In this document: positions 1 to 12,620 of the stretch, piece after piece
How positions within the stretch are numbered: position 1 is the stretch's first letter
Layout of the letters: every line of letters starts with the position of its first letter
From: Alloascoidea hylecoeti
Taxonomy: Eukaryota
NCBI GenBank assembly: GCA_001600815.1
Contig: BCKZ01000001.1
Span: 1,707,389 to 1,771,388, forward strand
Length of the DNA: 64,000 bases
Reading direction: 5' to 3'
The notes under the pieces: generated by a model
Told to the model about the DNA's origin: nothing
What the model saw: the letters and a program-made list of their open reading frames with translations, nothing else
Database searches by the model: none
Program-made: the position numbers and the translations under genes

Positions 1-3000
1 TGGTACGATCTTCTATATTAAACGATTAAAATCCATTTTTAATATCAAATGTTCTACCAGAATAACCAATGACTTTATAGTTCGTAAATTAAATATTTTT
101 AATTTAATTCTAAAAGGTAAATGGTCTTTACCGGTATATGATTCATACTAAGAGTCAATTTCTGAAAAAAAAATCACTATAGTACTTACTACTTTCAAGA
201 TTTTGAAACATTGATACACATACCTGATCACTATCAATTATCTGTTTCCATGATTTAGAAACTCCTCTACGTGTACAAATGAGAAAAAGTGGTCGATGGA
301 AAATCCGAGACGACTATTTCACATATTTCATAGGGAAGATAAGAATCAAAACGATTGTAGTCTCAAGATTATTCTCTAAACAATTGTTAAAATGGTTGTC
401 ATATATGTACTTGTGGTGGTCAATAATGTTTCCGCTTTTTCCAATCGACAGTTTGAGGAGCGTTATTTAAAGCATATAAGTAAAAACCCCAAAATGAAAG
501 GGTTTACGACCTTTACTCATTATCTCTGCGAAATCTAGTGAACTTAATAAATGAATCCAGATAGATGAAAAAGTAGACAATTAAGTTTCTAATATATTAT
601 ATGGGTGCGTGTCACAGAAAAAAAAATAAACTTTTAGGAAAATCCATAACATATGAACACTCGTGCAAAATGTTACCACAGCAGCAAAATCACTTCCTTT
701 CTCACATATAACAAGATGATTATCTAGATGCGTGCATGCAGAACCGTGTGTTATGCATATTTCCATGTGACGTGTATGTTACTTAATTTATTTTTATAAC
801 TATGGTACTGTTGAACTTTTACCTAGTGGATCGTAAACTCCACTAAAACATAGTAAGAGACTATCTCTATCTCTAGTAGTGGCCCCTGAGACAGTCTCTT
901 TCCTTTTATTATGATACTACAGCATAAATTATCAAAGTGGTTCATCATAACCTGAGTATAATTATCATCCTGTATATATCTGATAAACTGGTATCAAATT
1001 TTATTTTCTGTGATTGAATATGGTGTACGTGTGACGAGATTATACAGAGAGCTCTGGGTTGCTGGTTCGCCCAAAGAGGAAGATGATAGAAGCGTTCTGG
1101 AACGTTTCGAAATGAAAGGATTTTAGAAACGTCACCATACAACAGTATGTTTGTGGTGTATGCTGTTCAGATTAATATATATTACTCGGGGATAGCCAGA
1201 CGTTAATAAGTTATAGGGTTCTCCAACTACTTTTAACAGGCACCGACATTCGATATCGATTGTAAATAAGAATCGTAAAATTCTCTAAAGCCAGCGCTTC
1301 TATACGATCAGATACAAATTATCAGATACAAATCCGAAATTTACCGGAATTAGCAACATCAACAGCCTCAAATATTAATTTCTTAGGCTATTTGTATTCA
1401 TGTTGTTGTAGATGAAGATGCCGGTAACATCTCCGAAAGAGAAATAACCTATGATAGATGTCCTCAAAGACTTTTTGAGAAAAGAACCCGTAGAAGTATG
1501 AAGAAAAATATAAAAAAGATACTATTGAAATAGTAGTAGCTAGGGATCGAAAAGGCAATCAGTAATTACAACATCTGCTGCTGTATCTAAACTATATACT
1601 GGTCTTAACTATGTTTGTGAAAAGGTGAATTTAAGAATAATATTAATATTAAAAATTTAACAGTGATTAAATTGGGATATAATCCGGTAATCATCATATT
1701 GATACAAAAATCAAACATGTCCTAGTAATTTTTTTCTCATTCAAACATTTCAAATCTATAAATAAAGTAGGTACTAAAAATCGTCAGATATCCATCTGTT
1801 TTTGTTATAGTTCGTCTAAATTCACATATTTTTTGTTATGGTTTGTTTAGAATCACGTAATGTGTTATACGTCAACATGCATAATTATAGATCTCTACTT
1901 CTGCTGTGTTATTTAGAAGTTTTGCTAAGATAGACAAACACAGTGATAATATATCACAAAATGAGTACCATGATGGAGAAATCCGATTAATAATTATAAT
2001 CAAAAATGAATATAAGCATCTAGCTGAAATTAGTAAGCCAACACTCTTAATTTTATAACTTAGAAATATTGACATTTATAGGTAAGGAGGTTAGATAGTG
2101 CAAAAAGAAAAGAATGTTTGTCTAATAAAATAAGATTAACGTAACCTTAACGGTTAAATATATTATAAGTTGCAACCTAAATCCCAGTTAAACTGCCGTA
2201 CTATTAAATATAGTAGATTTCCTATGTTTATGATTGTTGAATACAAAATCGTGTATCGATATTGATATCTAATATCTAGATTTAGGATATTATGAAATTC
2301 AAGATCTATTAATAAACATTAACGGTTCATGCTCCGTGCCGTTGAAACGGTTACATACGATTAAAGTCCTACAATTGTATGAATATGTTGTTGATTAAAC
2401 ATATATTATCAAAATATATAGTCCTAATTAGGGTCAATTACAGCTTTCACTGGTGGTATAATATGCATAGATATACATTATTTAAAATTATTCATAATAT
2501 TAATAATCTGCATGCACTCCACGATCAATCATGAGATTATGCAAGCGAAGATTGTTTAACCATATTTTATGCAAAGGAAAATTTCTTTTTAAGCTTAATT
2601 AATTTATGCTTTTGTTTGTCTCTTTTTTGGAAAAAAGATTATTCTCCATATATATTATGTTCATTCTAGAACGACTTCTTCGAAAATTTCAAATCATAAA
2701 TATAATTAAGGGGAAATTTCATTATACTTAACAATTATACTAGGTACGGTTTGTTATTGTCAACTATTGGAACACAATTTTAGGTTGTAATATATATGTG
2801 AGAGTCATTATAATTCTAACTTGCGACACATACAGAGCTACCCGTTATGCTCTCTTAAAGAACATATCATGGATTCCAAAAATTTACTGTTGTAGATTAG
2901 ATGGAACATAATGATCATGCAAAAAGTTTAAACTTAATTATAAGTGTGTATCCTTGAAAAAAATGATCATGGTAATTAACATTGAAATTATGTCTAGATA

Positions 3001-3346
3001 ACTGAATATATAACGATAAACAACTTATAATGATAGATTTAGATGTTAATAATTAATAAATAAATGATATATATGCGGTTTTATTTATAAAAGAAAGAAA
3101 ATATATAAGAATCATTAATTGTTATGAATAAAAGAAAAGGTAACCCGAAAACCAACCTAGAAAACTACATTCTCAAAATGTGTTTTTTAATTAATCAATA
3201 TCAAATAGTAAAACAAAATGTTGAACAATGTTAGTAAGAAAGAAAATATGGATATAAATGGTATTTATGGTTCATATAATGATTTATGATTTTAATTTTT
3301 TTAATTTTTTTAATTTTTTTAATTTTTGGCCTTTTAACACCTGAAT

Positions 3347-4117
3347 TTATTTGATATGCTTTGAGAGCCATGCACGGATTTTGACATTAACAACAGTAAT
3401 CGAATTTCGTTTCAGATTTCGGTTACTCTGGGATTGATCGTCAATTATATTAGTTTTAACCGGTGGTTGATTTATTTCATCAGCAAGAAAAATATTTAAG
3501 GGCACAGAATTTGATCGTGGTGTAGTATACGTTTCTTTATTATTATGATTATTGGATAAGGTTGAAGAATTTAAAAAAGATTTTGAATTCCATTTTGATA
3601 AGTCGACGCTGGGACCAGGTTCACCAACGTTTAAACTGTAAACTGTGCAAGGACTTGAGACTGTGTAATTAGAAGAGGATAAAACAGAGGCGTCAGAAAT
3701 TGAAGAAGCATCTCTCATTATCGAGTCAGTATCGGTATCTGTGTCTTCATCTTCCTCCTCTTCCTCTATGATGGAAGACTCTTTAATGGGAGCAAAAACC
3801 GGACCAGCCGGAGCCCAAGAATAGGAACGGGGGAAAGAAGCCAGATCCAGGTCAATGATAGGGATTTCGCTTTTGGGGGCCGAGCTTGGGTGTGAGTTGA
3901 ACCTGGCGCGGGGGACGTTGAATGTGACTTTGGGGCATGTGGAGGTGGGGGAGGTCTTATCTTCCGGCCGCAGTTGCAGATCAAGTTCATTTGATATGGA
4001 GGCAGATCGGCGATGCGAGTGTTGGATGGGTCTACTGCCACTATAACTCCCAAGGGAGCTGGAGTTGTGGCTGAATGGACTCTTTTTCTGGGTGAAGTTG
4101 GAAAAATGATCAGACAT
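3347..4117 (-). CDS. Uncharacterised Ser/Pro-rich, probably disordered fungal protein (256 aa)
   Basis: ATG-initiated 256-codon ORF, GC-richer than its flanks. Contains an RRSAS basophilic kinase site, an acidic EEEEEEDEDTDTD run, and short IDLD and GEPGP motifs. No domain recognised. Confidence 0.7.
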   Translation of the reverse strand: MSDHFSNFTQKKSPFSHNSSSLGSYSGSRPIQHSHRRSASISNELDLQLRPEDKTSPTSTCPKVTFNVPRARFNSHPSSAPKSEIPIIDLDLASFPRSYSWAPAGPVFAPIKESSIIEEEEEDEDTDTDTDSIMRDASSISDASVLSSSNYTVSSPCTVYSLNVGEPGPSVDLSKWNSKSFLNSSTLSNNHNNKETYTTPRSNSVPLNIFLADEINQPPVKTNIIDDQSQSNRNLKRNSITVVNVKIRAWLSKHIK

Positions 4118-6952
4118 AATGATGAAGTATGGAAATAAGAGATTGCTTTAGAAACTGGCGTCTTTTGGGAGGTATAAATATTCATGTAAATAGCCGGTAT
4201 CCAGAGTACGGCCCACGTGTAACTCTGGAACTATCTGTTCGTAAGCTGCAGTTCTGCACGTCGAACCCTATTTACAGAGCAACAGTTCCCTGCAGCCGGC
4301 TCGAAGCAGACTTTCTATTGCACGAGACGCAAAGCACGCAGATCTCGCAGAAATCTCGCAGAAATCCTTCTTCTTTGTTGAATTCACCATACAGATTCCA
4401 CAGAAGGAGGTTTCAAGATATGCAATTAATCCAGTCGCTGGCATGTCCAGATCCAGATCTAGAATATTAATGGCTGGTCTTTAAAGTTAACGTGAAACTC
4501 ATCTTTAATCTTACTTCTCTATTTTATCTGTATAGAAGTTATATTTTATCTTCATTTTCGATTTCAATTGAAATTTCTCCAGCTAGTTGTAATGTAACTA
4601 TCTGTAATATATAATCAGCTAGTTCATTAATATAATACTCTGCTCGTTATAGCATAACCGATTATAAATATCCATTAATAATGTTGTAAATGAAGTCGAT
4701 ATCAATATATCTGTTATTAATGTAATTAATCATGTATGATCTCAATATACTTATTAATATTAAGATGCACTCATTAGAACTATTGGTTACTTTACAATAA
4801 GTTTTTATGGCGCTATAACTATAGCACAAATTATTTAACATCCGTATATATACCATTTTGTAGCAATGAGTATATTGTTTACTCAATTTTCCTTGGACTT
4901 CTATACTAAACTTTAATTTCTGATGTTATCAACCTAAAGTTAAGCAAAATTGTGTTATTTGTGAAAGGTTTTCAACATATAGAATATATGATCCATGCAA
5001 TTTGAAACTAATTCATTGCATTTATATTTATGTATGGTAAATTCTTACAATTACTATGTTCAAATTAAGACTATCTGCAACGTGACCTTCTTGAATTAGC
5101 ACTATTTATTCTTAGTTTAGTTTACTAATTCTATTTTTGTTGAGGAATCAGGATATAGATTTTATAATATTAAACCTATTCACAATTGTGCACGTGAAAT
5201 CAGTGATGGGATTCTGCTTTAAGTTTAAACCATTGAGACACCACTAACTCTAATTGCTTTATATGGTGTGTATACGATTATAGGTGTATGTTACTGTTTT
5301 GAGAGCAATGATATACAAAGTTTAAATAAAGACCTCAGCCGTGCGATTAATATTTATGATCGTATACATACAGAGAGCGTCCATTCTAAACATAATATTC
5401 TAGATAGATCGACATTTTTGATATCTTTAGAAGTTTATCGTTTATTATAACTAGCTATAGTATAGAGAGATCAAAAAGATATAAATGTTTTCAATTCATA
5501 CATCACTTGTACTGGCTCACTATATAATTTATAATATCTGCATACCGGTATACGTATGTATTTATGGTGATGAGAGATTTTAATTATCTTCTTATCTTAT
5601 ATATTGGGCGATTTACAAGAGAAGCTTAATCAGAACTTAACTAAAAACAAATATTATTGCTATGGAAGTATAGTACTTTAAATAAATAGTACAGAAGATG
5701 TATAACGTTAACCTAATCTTTCAATATTAATCATTCTACAATATTAATTCAAAGCTCTAGATCTACTATAGCTAGTTGACGTTATGAATCTAAATTTACA
5801 TTTGTAAAGAGCTCGATCCTCATTGTAGTTATTTCGAATTCATTAAACGGAGATCATTAATCATAAATAGATTATCAATTTTTCCTTTAAAATAATCCGA
5901 TTGTCTATTTAGTATCAATAAGAAATATAAATTGCATATGATATAAAATTTTTCTTTCGATAATTGTAATTTCGAATTCGTTAATACTTTCTGCGGTTAT
6001 AATTTTTCCTATACTAAACTTTTATAAGTTTTAGAGATTAAGTATATATTAAATCAGGAAGCCTAATACATTTTTAAATTTAGCTATTAGCTGTATAAGT
6101 TAAAATTTTGGAGGAAAATAATCAACCTTTCAATTCTTAGATAAAAATTAGTTGGCTATAGTTTCAATTGGCAATTGCAATTGGTGCTTGATGCATTAGA
6201 GCCATTTCATATCTGTAAATGTGATATTGGGCTAACTTATCAATGGGCCTGATTTAAAGAGATAGCTTCAGCTGATATTCAATTACTAATTATATTAAAC
6301 CTTAGGCTTATAATTACCGTATAATGAAAACTACCAATATATTATTGTATTCTATTTCTAACACTGCAATTACAATTGGAATTTACAATTTGGCTAGCTA
6401 AATTCTTTAACAAAATTAATATGCTATTAATCAAATTCTAAAGATTCGAATGTTTTTCTTCTTTTGAATCGGACTATTATAATTAATTATAATTATGGAC
6501 TATGGACTAGATTAAATTACTGTTATATATTCTAGATTATAATATTATAAGTTCTGAAAGCCGGTAAAACTACCAATGAAAATGTAATAAAATTCGGATA
6601 ATATGCATAGAACTTGATACCAATTGGGTATAACTTATCGTTTTTTAGGATGATTAATCAATATTAATGCAGCGAAGCCACGAAGAATGCAAACTCGTAA
6701 TTGTCAAATGCTTGCAAATATAATAATTAACACCGCCAGATCTAGATATATTGATATTAATATTTGTCAACCTGTTTTACTAATGATTCTAGTTAAACAA
6801 TGCTTAGCTATAGAGTATAAGCCTCTAATCTCTATATTAGTTCTAATATCATAGGCTACCATAGCCAGTCAACAAAATAGAACGCTAATTATATTGTAGC
6901 TATAGGAATGCGCAAATTGTTGTAGTCTTAATGTCTCATGTAGTAATTTTAG

Positions 6953-7025
6953 TATTCAACCCAATTTCGCCCACCCTTTAAACTAAATACTCGGCCAGAC
7001 TACAAATTATTGGTCACCCCCTTCA
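6953..7025 (+). mobile_element. Decayed left end of the dispersed 'CACTTAA-TTCGGCCA' TIR/MITE family
   Basis: tattcaacccaatttcgccca resembles the family TIR. It is followed by periodic tcggcca / tggtca sub-repeats like those in the copies at 14.7, 43.1 and 50.5 kb. Confidence 0.4.
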
Positions 7026-7052
7026 CTAATTACAATTTCTATACTATCGATA

Positions 7053-7986
7053 TAAGGTGACTCCAACTTAAAAGATAAAGGAATTTGGAGACATCACTTA
7101 AATCTGTACTTTCCGTATTTTCTTTCTCTACTCCACAATCTCTGAAAATGGTAATAAGGAAAAATAAACTTAATCCTCTTGAATCGATATATAAATGTTT
7201 TGAAATATACTAATTGAACCGACCAGGATTTCACAACATGTAGAATCCTAGTACGTGCCCTACCACCAACACAAAAGCCGCTCAAACGGGATACTATCGG
7301 ATAAATTCAAAATGAATTTACAGTTTTCTTGATAAGAATCCACGGATTAAGTATGTTAAGGTTAAAAGTTCCCACATTACCGGTCTTTTTCTGCATCTCG
7401 AAATTTGGTACTACATGACCTAGTGGAATCAAAACGTTCATGATGAAAGAGATACGCTGAAGTTGGTCACTTCGTTAGAATGTGTCAAACACACTAAAAA
7501 GGCTAACCTTATTAAGGCAATTGTTTACGCTAGAGAAGTAAGTATGATAGCAACATCATCACCAGATTTTCCTCCACTAGTACACACCCATCTAGTGTTG
7601 CTCAGGCTGCTTCAGTCGACATAGGTCCCACACAAAACGACTTAGAATATTTGGATCAGGTTGCCTGAAATTATGGGGAGCCGCTGAGTTTGTAAAGAAG
7701 AGTACTGTACAGTAACCAGGATATAATCCATTTTACTATAAGAGAAATCTACTGGAGAAGGGTAGAAGAGGATTATCTAAAAGTCTCCATGTATTAGTAT
7801 TGAACTAAAGAACAAGAAAAGGTTGGTTGATTGTGAGCCTCCAAAAGAAGGTCTCTATAGCTACAGAAAAATTTAAACAATAAGAAAGAGAAACAAAATT
7901 CAGAATATTTACAATACAGCAGTCAGTTTTTACAAAAATGTTGTAAATCTTTTGATGGTTATCTCTCCAAGTTGGAGCCACCCCTA
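7053..7986. mobile_element. Decayed TIR-bounded element relic (about 930 bp)
   Basis: ggtgactccaactt (7056-7069) matches the reverse complement of aagttggagccacc (7969-7982) at 13/14, extending loosely to agataa/ttatct. The interior looks like broken coding sequence. No TSD found. Confidence 0.4.
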
Positions 7987-8203
7987 CAACATAACGTTAA
8001 CGATAGTGTAGAAATAGTAATTCGTGAAGGTTTTTTAACTTTACATATAATTCCCAATTAAAATATCTTAATAATTTAAATCTTCTAACTAGAAACTATT
8101 AAATTGAGGAAATCACACCTCTTCTTTTCTTGTGCCCTTGAAGGGGTGGCCGATAATAATTCATCAAGCGAATATATTTTCATCACGTGGCTTCATAGAA
8201 GAC

Positions 8204-8305
8204 GCTCCGTTGGCTCAGTTGGTAGAGCGTCAGTCTCATATTAATTTCCGTGTCATACGAAAACGTGTGATCTGAAGGTCGAGAGTTCGAGCCTCCCACG
8301 GAGCA
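8204..8305 (+). tRNA. tRNA-Met(CAT), elongator type, with a 29-nt intron (8241-8269)
   Basis: Acceptor stem GCTCCGT/ACGGAGC, D-arm GCTC-AGTTGGTA-GAGC, anticodon arm TCAGT-CTCATA[intron]ATCTGA, T-arm GAGAG-TTCGAGC-CTCCC. Nearly identical to the yeast elongator tRNA-Met. A T5 Pol III terminator follows at 8311-8315. Confidence 0.95.
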
Positions 8306-8513
8306 GTATATTTTTAGCGGCGATGCTACATGCGGCCAAAATTAAGTGGAATGGTTATACCTAAAAATTCTTATTTATTTTAAACTTCTCTTTAAATTGC
8401 TGTCATTAATCTTACAACAATCATTGAACAATGTCATCAGAATTTCAAATTAAAATTTACTTTCAATTAAGTACTTAACTTGAAAAATAGTATATAAAGC
8501 AAAGAGTGTGAAT

Positions 8514-8691
8514 TAGGCCGCGCATCGCGCAAAATGCTTGAGCTCGACCCCAAACTTGAACTCAGTTGAGGGAGATTTCTGAAAAGCTCGACATTTAGGG
8601 CTGAGAAGGTCGAGCTCGAAACTCGACTGGTCTGAAATTCGCTCTAGATCGGCTCGAAAGCTCGCTCGAAAGCTCGGCCATGCGCGACCTA
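8514..8691. mobile_element. hAT-type MITE (178 bp)
   Basis: 12-bp TIRs taggccgcgcat / atgcgcgaccta (11/12) and a perfect 8-bp TSD gtgtgaat (8506-8513 and 8692-8699). Many internal (g)ctcga sub-repeats. GC-rich relative to the flanks. Confidence 0.9.
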
Positions 8692-10526
8692 GTGTGAATT
8701 AATTTAAATACAATTGCAACGATGATATCGACTGAAGTTAACATTATCATTATAAGGAAATATTCATACAGCATGTGAAGTTTGTGAACCTAACAATCAT
8801 GGTTTATTATTACATTCTTTTATGATAATCACATCGATATATGTCAAATTGTCAATTGCAAATTGCAATGTTGAGCAACTATTTGTGTTCATAAATAAGG
8901 TCATTAGACTCATTTCCAAGGTTTTCGAGTGGTTAAGATAATATAATTATTAATTATTTATTGTAAAATATAAGCTTTTCAACCATGTGGATTCAATAAT
9001 ACTAAACCAAAGTGTTAATAATCACTAACAACATCGATGTTTAGATATCATTAAATATATTGATCATAAAAAGGAAAAAAAAGGAAAAAAGGGAAAAATC
9101 TCCGGTATTTTGGTTCTGTTACTTTATGGTTAACGTTGGTATGAAAGAGAAAGATGAATAAATATTAGAGATCGACGCATTAAATAGCTACGTTTACAAC
9201 TTGACAGTTAATTTTTCCTTAACCATGGAACCCGATTCTTAGGATTATTTATTAGCTAGCAATCTCCATCTCCAATGCTCCATCGATATTGACCAATTGG
9301 AATTATATTCAGAGGGTGCCGATACACGTGATGCCATATGATCACGATCGCAGACGTTTTAGTTCCTCAAAAAATAAAATTTTCTAATATTTAAATAGGC
9401 GTTTAATTCTTTAAAAAAGGTTAAAAAGATCGAATTAATTAGTAATTTAGTAGCATATTATTAGATAATCACAATATACAGAATTCGAATGAAGAACGAA
9501 ACTAGATGGCAGAAGTTTGGGTTTCCGAACCCAAGTTTTCCAAAGAATTCTCCCGAACGCATAGAATGAAGAGAGGGTTAGATCTTAATTATAATTTAAC
9601 ACCAGCCAGTATATTAACAATTGTATTGCGACTCTTAGAGGAATGCTACCCCGCCCACTCCAAGAAATTGGCTATAATTATCAGAACCGTTTCCAGTATA
9701 TAAATCTATAGTAATATCGTTAAACTGGAACTGAAATATGGGCTCATTACGGTATCGTTCAAATCAATTTTTTGCTGAGTCAAAAAGTTCTAGTGTTGTG
9801 CATATGGTAGTTTGATCATTTGGGATTTAACGGGTTATATATTATAATAGGGTGCGATAAAGAAATTGAATTAAGACTTATCATAGTGAATTCGGAAATT
9901 ATAATTTATAATCAAATTCCAAAATTACGTACGCGTATTCTTAAGACCAGCCTTTAAATCCACTATTAATTGTGATTGTAATCATTAAATAGTACCATAG
10001 TATACGTAATTAATTGGACATAGATCTATACGACTTATAATGATGCAGTTCGAATTTCACAGGTTCCGAGGCGCCATTATCATGGAAAGTCACGATGTCT
10101 CGATACAAATATACATGGCAGGAGGAGAATCCGGATATACCAAAAAGGTACAAGCAGGTGCAAATAAAAATATATCCGGACTTGTTAGAGTTCGCTTGAC
10201 CAGTCAACATTTCACGGTAGGCCCCATGAGACTCCCAACATGCAATGAGTGATAGCGTTGCTGATCATGGGATAATTGTGTGGTTTCAGCACTGCCTACC
10301 CGACCATATGAGTGGTTGGCCAACTAGTCTGGACTTCAGCGTGTTCCGTGATAGGCCAACGGATGGTATTGTTCAATATTTTTGTTGGAAAACCCCAATA
10401 AACCTTAAAAGTGCCCGGAACTAGTCACGGATCTTTTTCCGCACCCGTTTTGTATATATACTTCTTCTTTTGCCCCTCATTCTTTCTTCTTCAACACTTT
10501 CCCTGTTTTTTTAGAATACCGGATAA

Positions 10527-12620
10527 ATGGGCAAATTAGTGAACATCCCCGTCGGGAAACCGGCTAACGAGAACGAAACTGCCCCACGGCGTGCGTATAG
10601 TGCAAGAGCTGAGGCTATTACTAAAGTCCCGGGCTACAAGGCAGCAACCGTCTTTGAGCTCATGAATGAGGCCGTCGCCAGTTTCGGACCGAACCATGCC
10701 ATGGCTTGGAGAGATCTGATCGATATTCATGAGGAAAAGAAACATATCAAAAAGATAGTCGATGGTAAAGAAACTACAATTACAAAAAACTGGTACTATT
10801 TTGAGAAAACTGGTTATAAATACATTACTTATGATCAACTATCTAAATTGGTTGTTGATTACGGCAAAGGTCTTGTTGAGTTGGGGATCAAACCTGCCAA
10901 TGAGGAGCGCTTACATATATATGCTGGAACTTCCCAGAAATGGTTGCAAACGTTTCTTGCCGCCACTTCTCAATCGATTCCAATTGTTACTGCTTATGAT
11001 ACTTTGGGTGAATCTGGCTTAACCCATTCAATCCGAGAAACTAGATCGGTAGCTGTTTTCACTGATAATAGTTTGATCCATACTCTTATTAATCCATTAA
11101 AAGAAATTGATCATATTCGATACGTTATTTATTCCGAACCTATTGATGAGAATGATACAAGATGTGGTGGCAAGTTTTATCGTGAAGCAAAAGATGCCGT
11201 TGATCAAATTAAAGAAATTAGACCCGATATTAAATTTTATTCTTATGATGAGGTTATTGAACTTGGTAAACAATCTAAATTGGAACCGACTCATCCAAAA
11301 GCTGAAAATACCGCTTGTATCATGTATACTTCGGGTTCCACCGGAACTCCAAAAGGTGTTGTTTTAACTCATGCAAATATCGTTGCTGGTGTTGCTGGTA
11401 TTTGTCCAATTATTCCAAGATCTTATATTACTTCGGGTGATAAATTGTTGGCATTCTTACCATTAGCTCATATTTTCGAATTAACATTTGAACTGGTTAA
11501 TTTCTATTGGGGTGGTACTTTAGGTTATGGAAATCCAAAGACTTTATCTGATGTTTCAATGAGAAATTGTAAAGGTGATATTAAAGAATTTGGTCCATCA
11601 ATTATGGTTGGTGTTGCTGCTGTTTTTGAAATGATTAAGAAAGGTATCATGGGTCAAATTGCTAAAAAACCACCAATGCTTCAAAAAGCTTTTTGGGCTG
11701 CTTATAAAACTAAAGTTGCTGCTACTAGATATAGTATTCCTGTGATTGGTAGTGTTATCGATAATACTATCTTTAAACAGATTAAAGAAAATACAGGTGG
11801 AAAATTAAAATTAATGTTAAATGGTGGTTCTGCTCTTTCTGAAGAAACACAATTGTTTATCTCTACAACAATTTGTCCATTACTTATTGGTTATGGATTA
11901 ACAGAAACAAATGCAAATACAACTGTTATGAGTCCAGCTACGTTTGAAATTGGTGTAGCGGGTACTCTTACTTCAGCTGTTACATGTAAACTAAAATCAT
12001 TCGAAGAAGGCGGTTACTACGCTAAGAATAATCAAGGTGAAGTTTGTTTAAGAGGTGCTCCAATTACAAGTCATTATTATCATAATGAAGAGGAAACTAA
12101 AAATGCTTTTGATGAAGATGGATGGTTCTGTACTGGAGATATTGGTGAATGGACAAAGACCGGACAACTAAAAGTTATCGACAGAAAGAAGAATCTTATC
12201 AAGACTTCAAATGGTGAATATATTGCTTTGGAAAAGATTGAATCAATCTATAGATCTAATCCTTACGTTGGAAATATTTGCTGTTATGCAGATGAAACAC
12301 GAGTTAAACCAATTGCTATTATTTTCCCACATGAAGCAAATATTCAAAAATTAGCAGGAGATTTAAATTTACCAGAAGAGGAAAGAGAATTGGAACACTT
12401 ATGTGATAATGAAGAAATTCATAAAGCTATAACGAAATCATTAATTGAAACTGGTAAGAAACAAAAATTACAAGGAATTGAATTAATTCAAGGTGTTGCT
12501 TTAACAAGTGTTGAATGGACTCCTCAAAATGGATTCGTTACTAGTGCTCAAAAGTTACAACGAAAGAAAATTTTGGCTGCTAATCGTGATCAAGTTGAAG
12601 AAGTTTATGCAAGAGGTTAG
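10527..12620 (+). CDS. FAA1: Long-chain fatty acyl-CoA synthetase (Faa1/Faa4 family)
   Basis: YTSGSTGTPKG AMP-binding motif, GYGLTET, DGWFCTGDIG, IDRKKNL; 697 aa. FAA1 versus FAA4 orthology cannot be resolved. Confidence 0.92.
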   Translation: MGKLVNIPVGKPANENETAPRRAYSARAEAITKVPGYKAATVFELMNEAVASFGPNHAMAWRDLIDIHEEKKHIKKIVDGKETTITKNWYYFEKTGYKYITYDQLSKLVVDYGKGLVELGIKPANEERLHIYAGTSQKWLQTFLAATSQSIPIVTAYDTLGESGLTHSIRETRSVAVFTDNSLIHTLINPLKEIDHIRYVIYSEPIDENDTRCGGKFYREAKDAVDQIKEIRPDIKFYSYDEVIELGKQSKLEPTHPKAENTACIMYTSGSTGTPKGVVLTHANIVAGVAGICPIIPRSYITSGDKLLAFLPLAHIFELTFELVNFYWGGTLGYGNPKTLSDVSMRNCKGDIKEFGPSIMVGVAAVFEMIKKGIMGQIAKKPPMLQKAFWAAYKTKVAATRYSIPVIGSVIDNTIFKQIKENTGGKLKLMLNGGSALSEETQLFISTTICPLLIGYGLTETNANTTVMSPATFEIGVAGTLTSAVTCKLKSFEEGGYYAKNNQGEVCLRGAPITSHYYHNEEETKNAFDEDGWFCTGDIGEWTKTGQLKVIDRKKNLIKTSNGEYIALEKIESIYRSNPYVGNICCYADETRVKPIAIIFPHEANIQKLAGDLNLPEEERELEHLCDNEEIHKAITKSLIETGKKQKLQGIELIQGVALTSVEWTPQNGFVTSAQKLQRKKILAANRDQVEEVYARG

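Noticed and set aside
1..10400. Centromere in the gene-poor left end
   Set aside because: No CDEI-II-III arrangement or long flanking inverted repeat seen. A regional centromere cannot be called from sequence alone.
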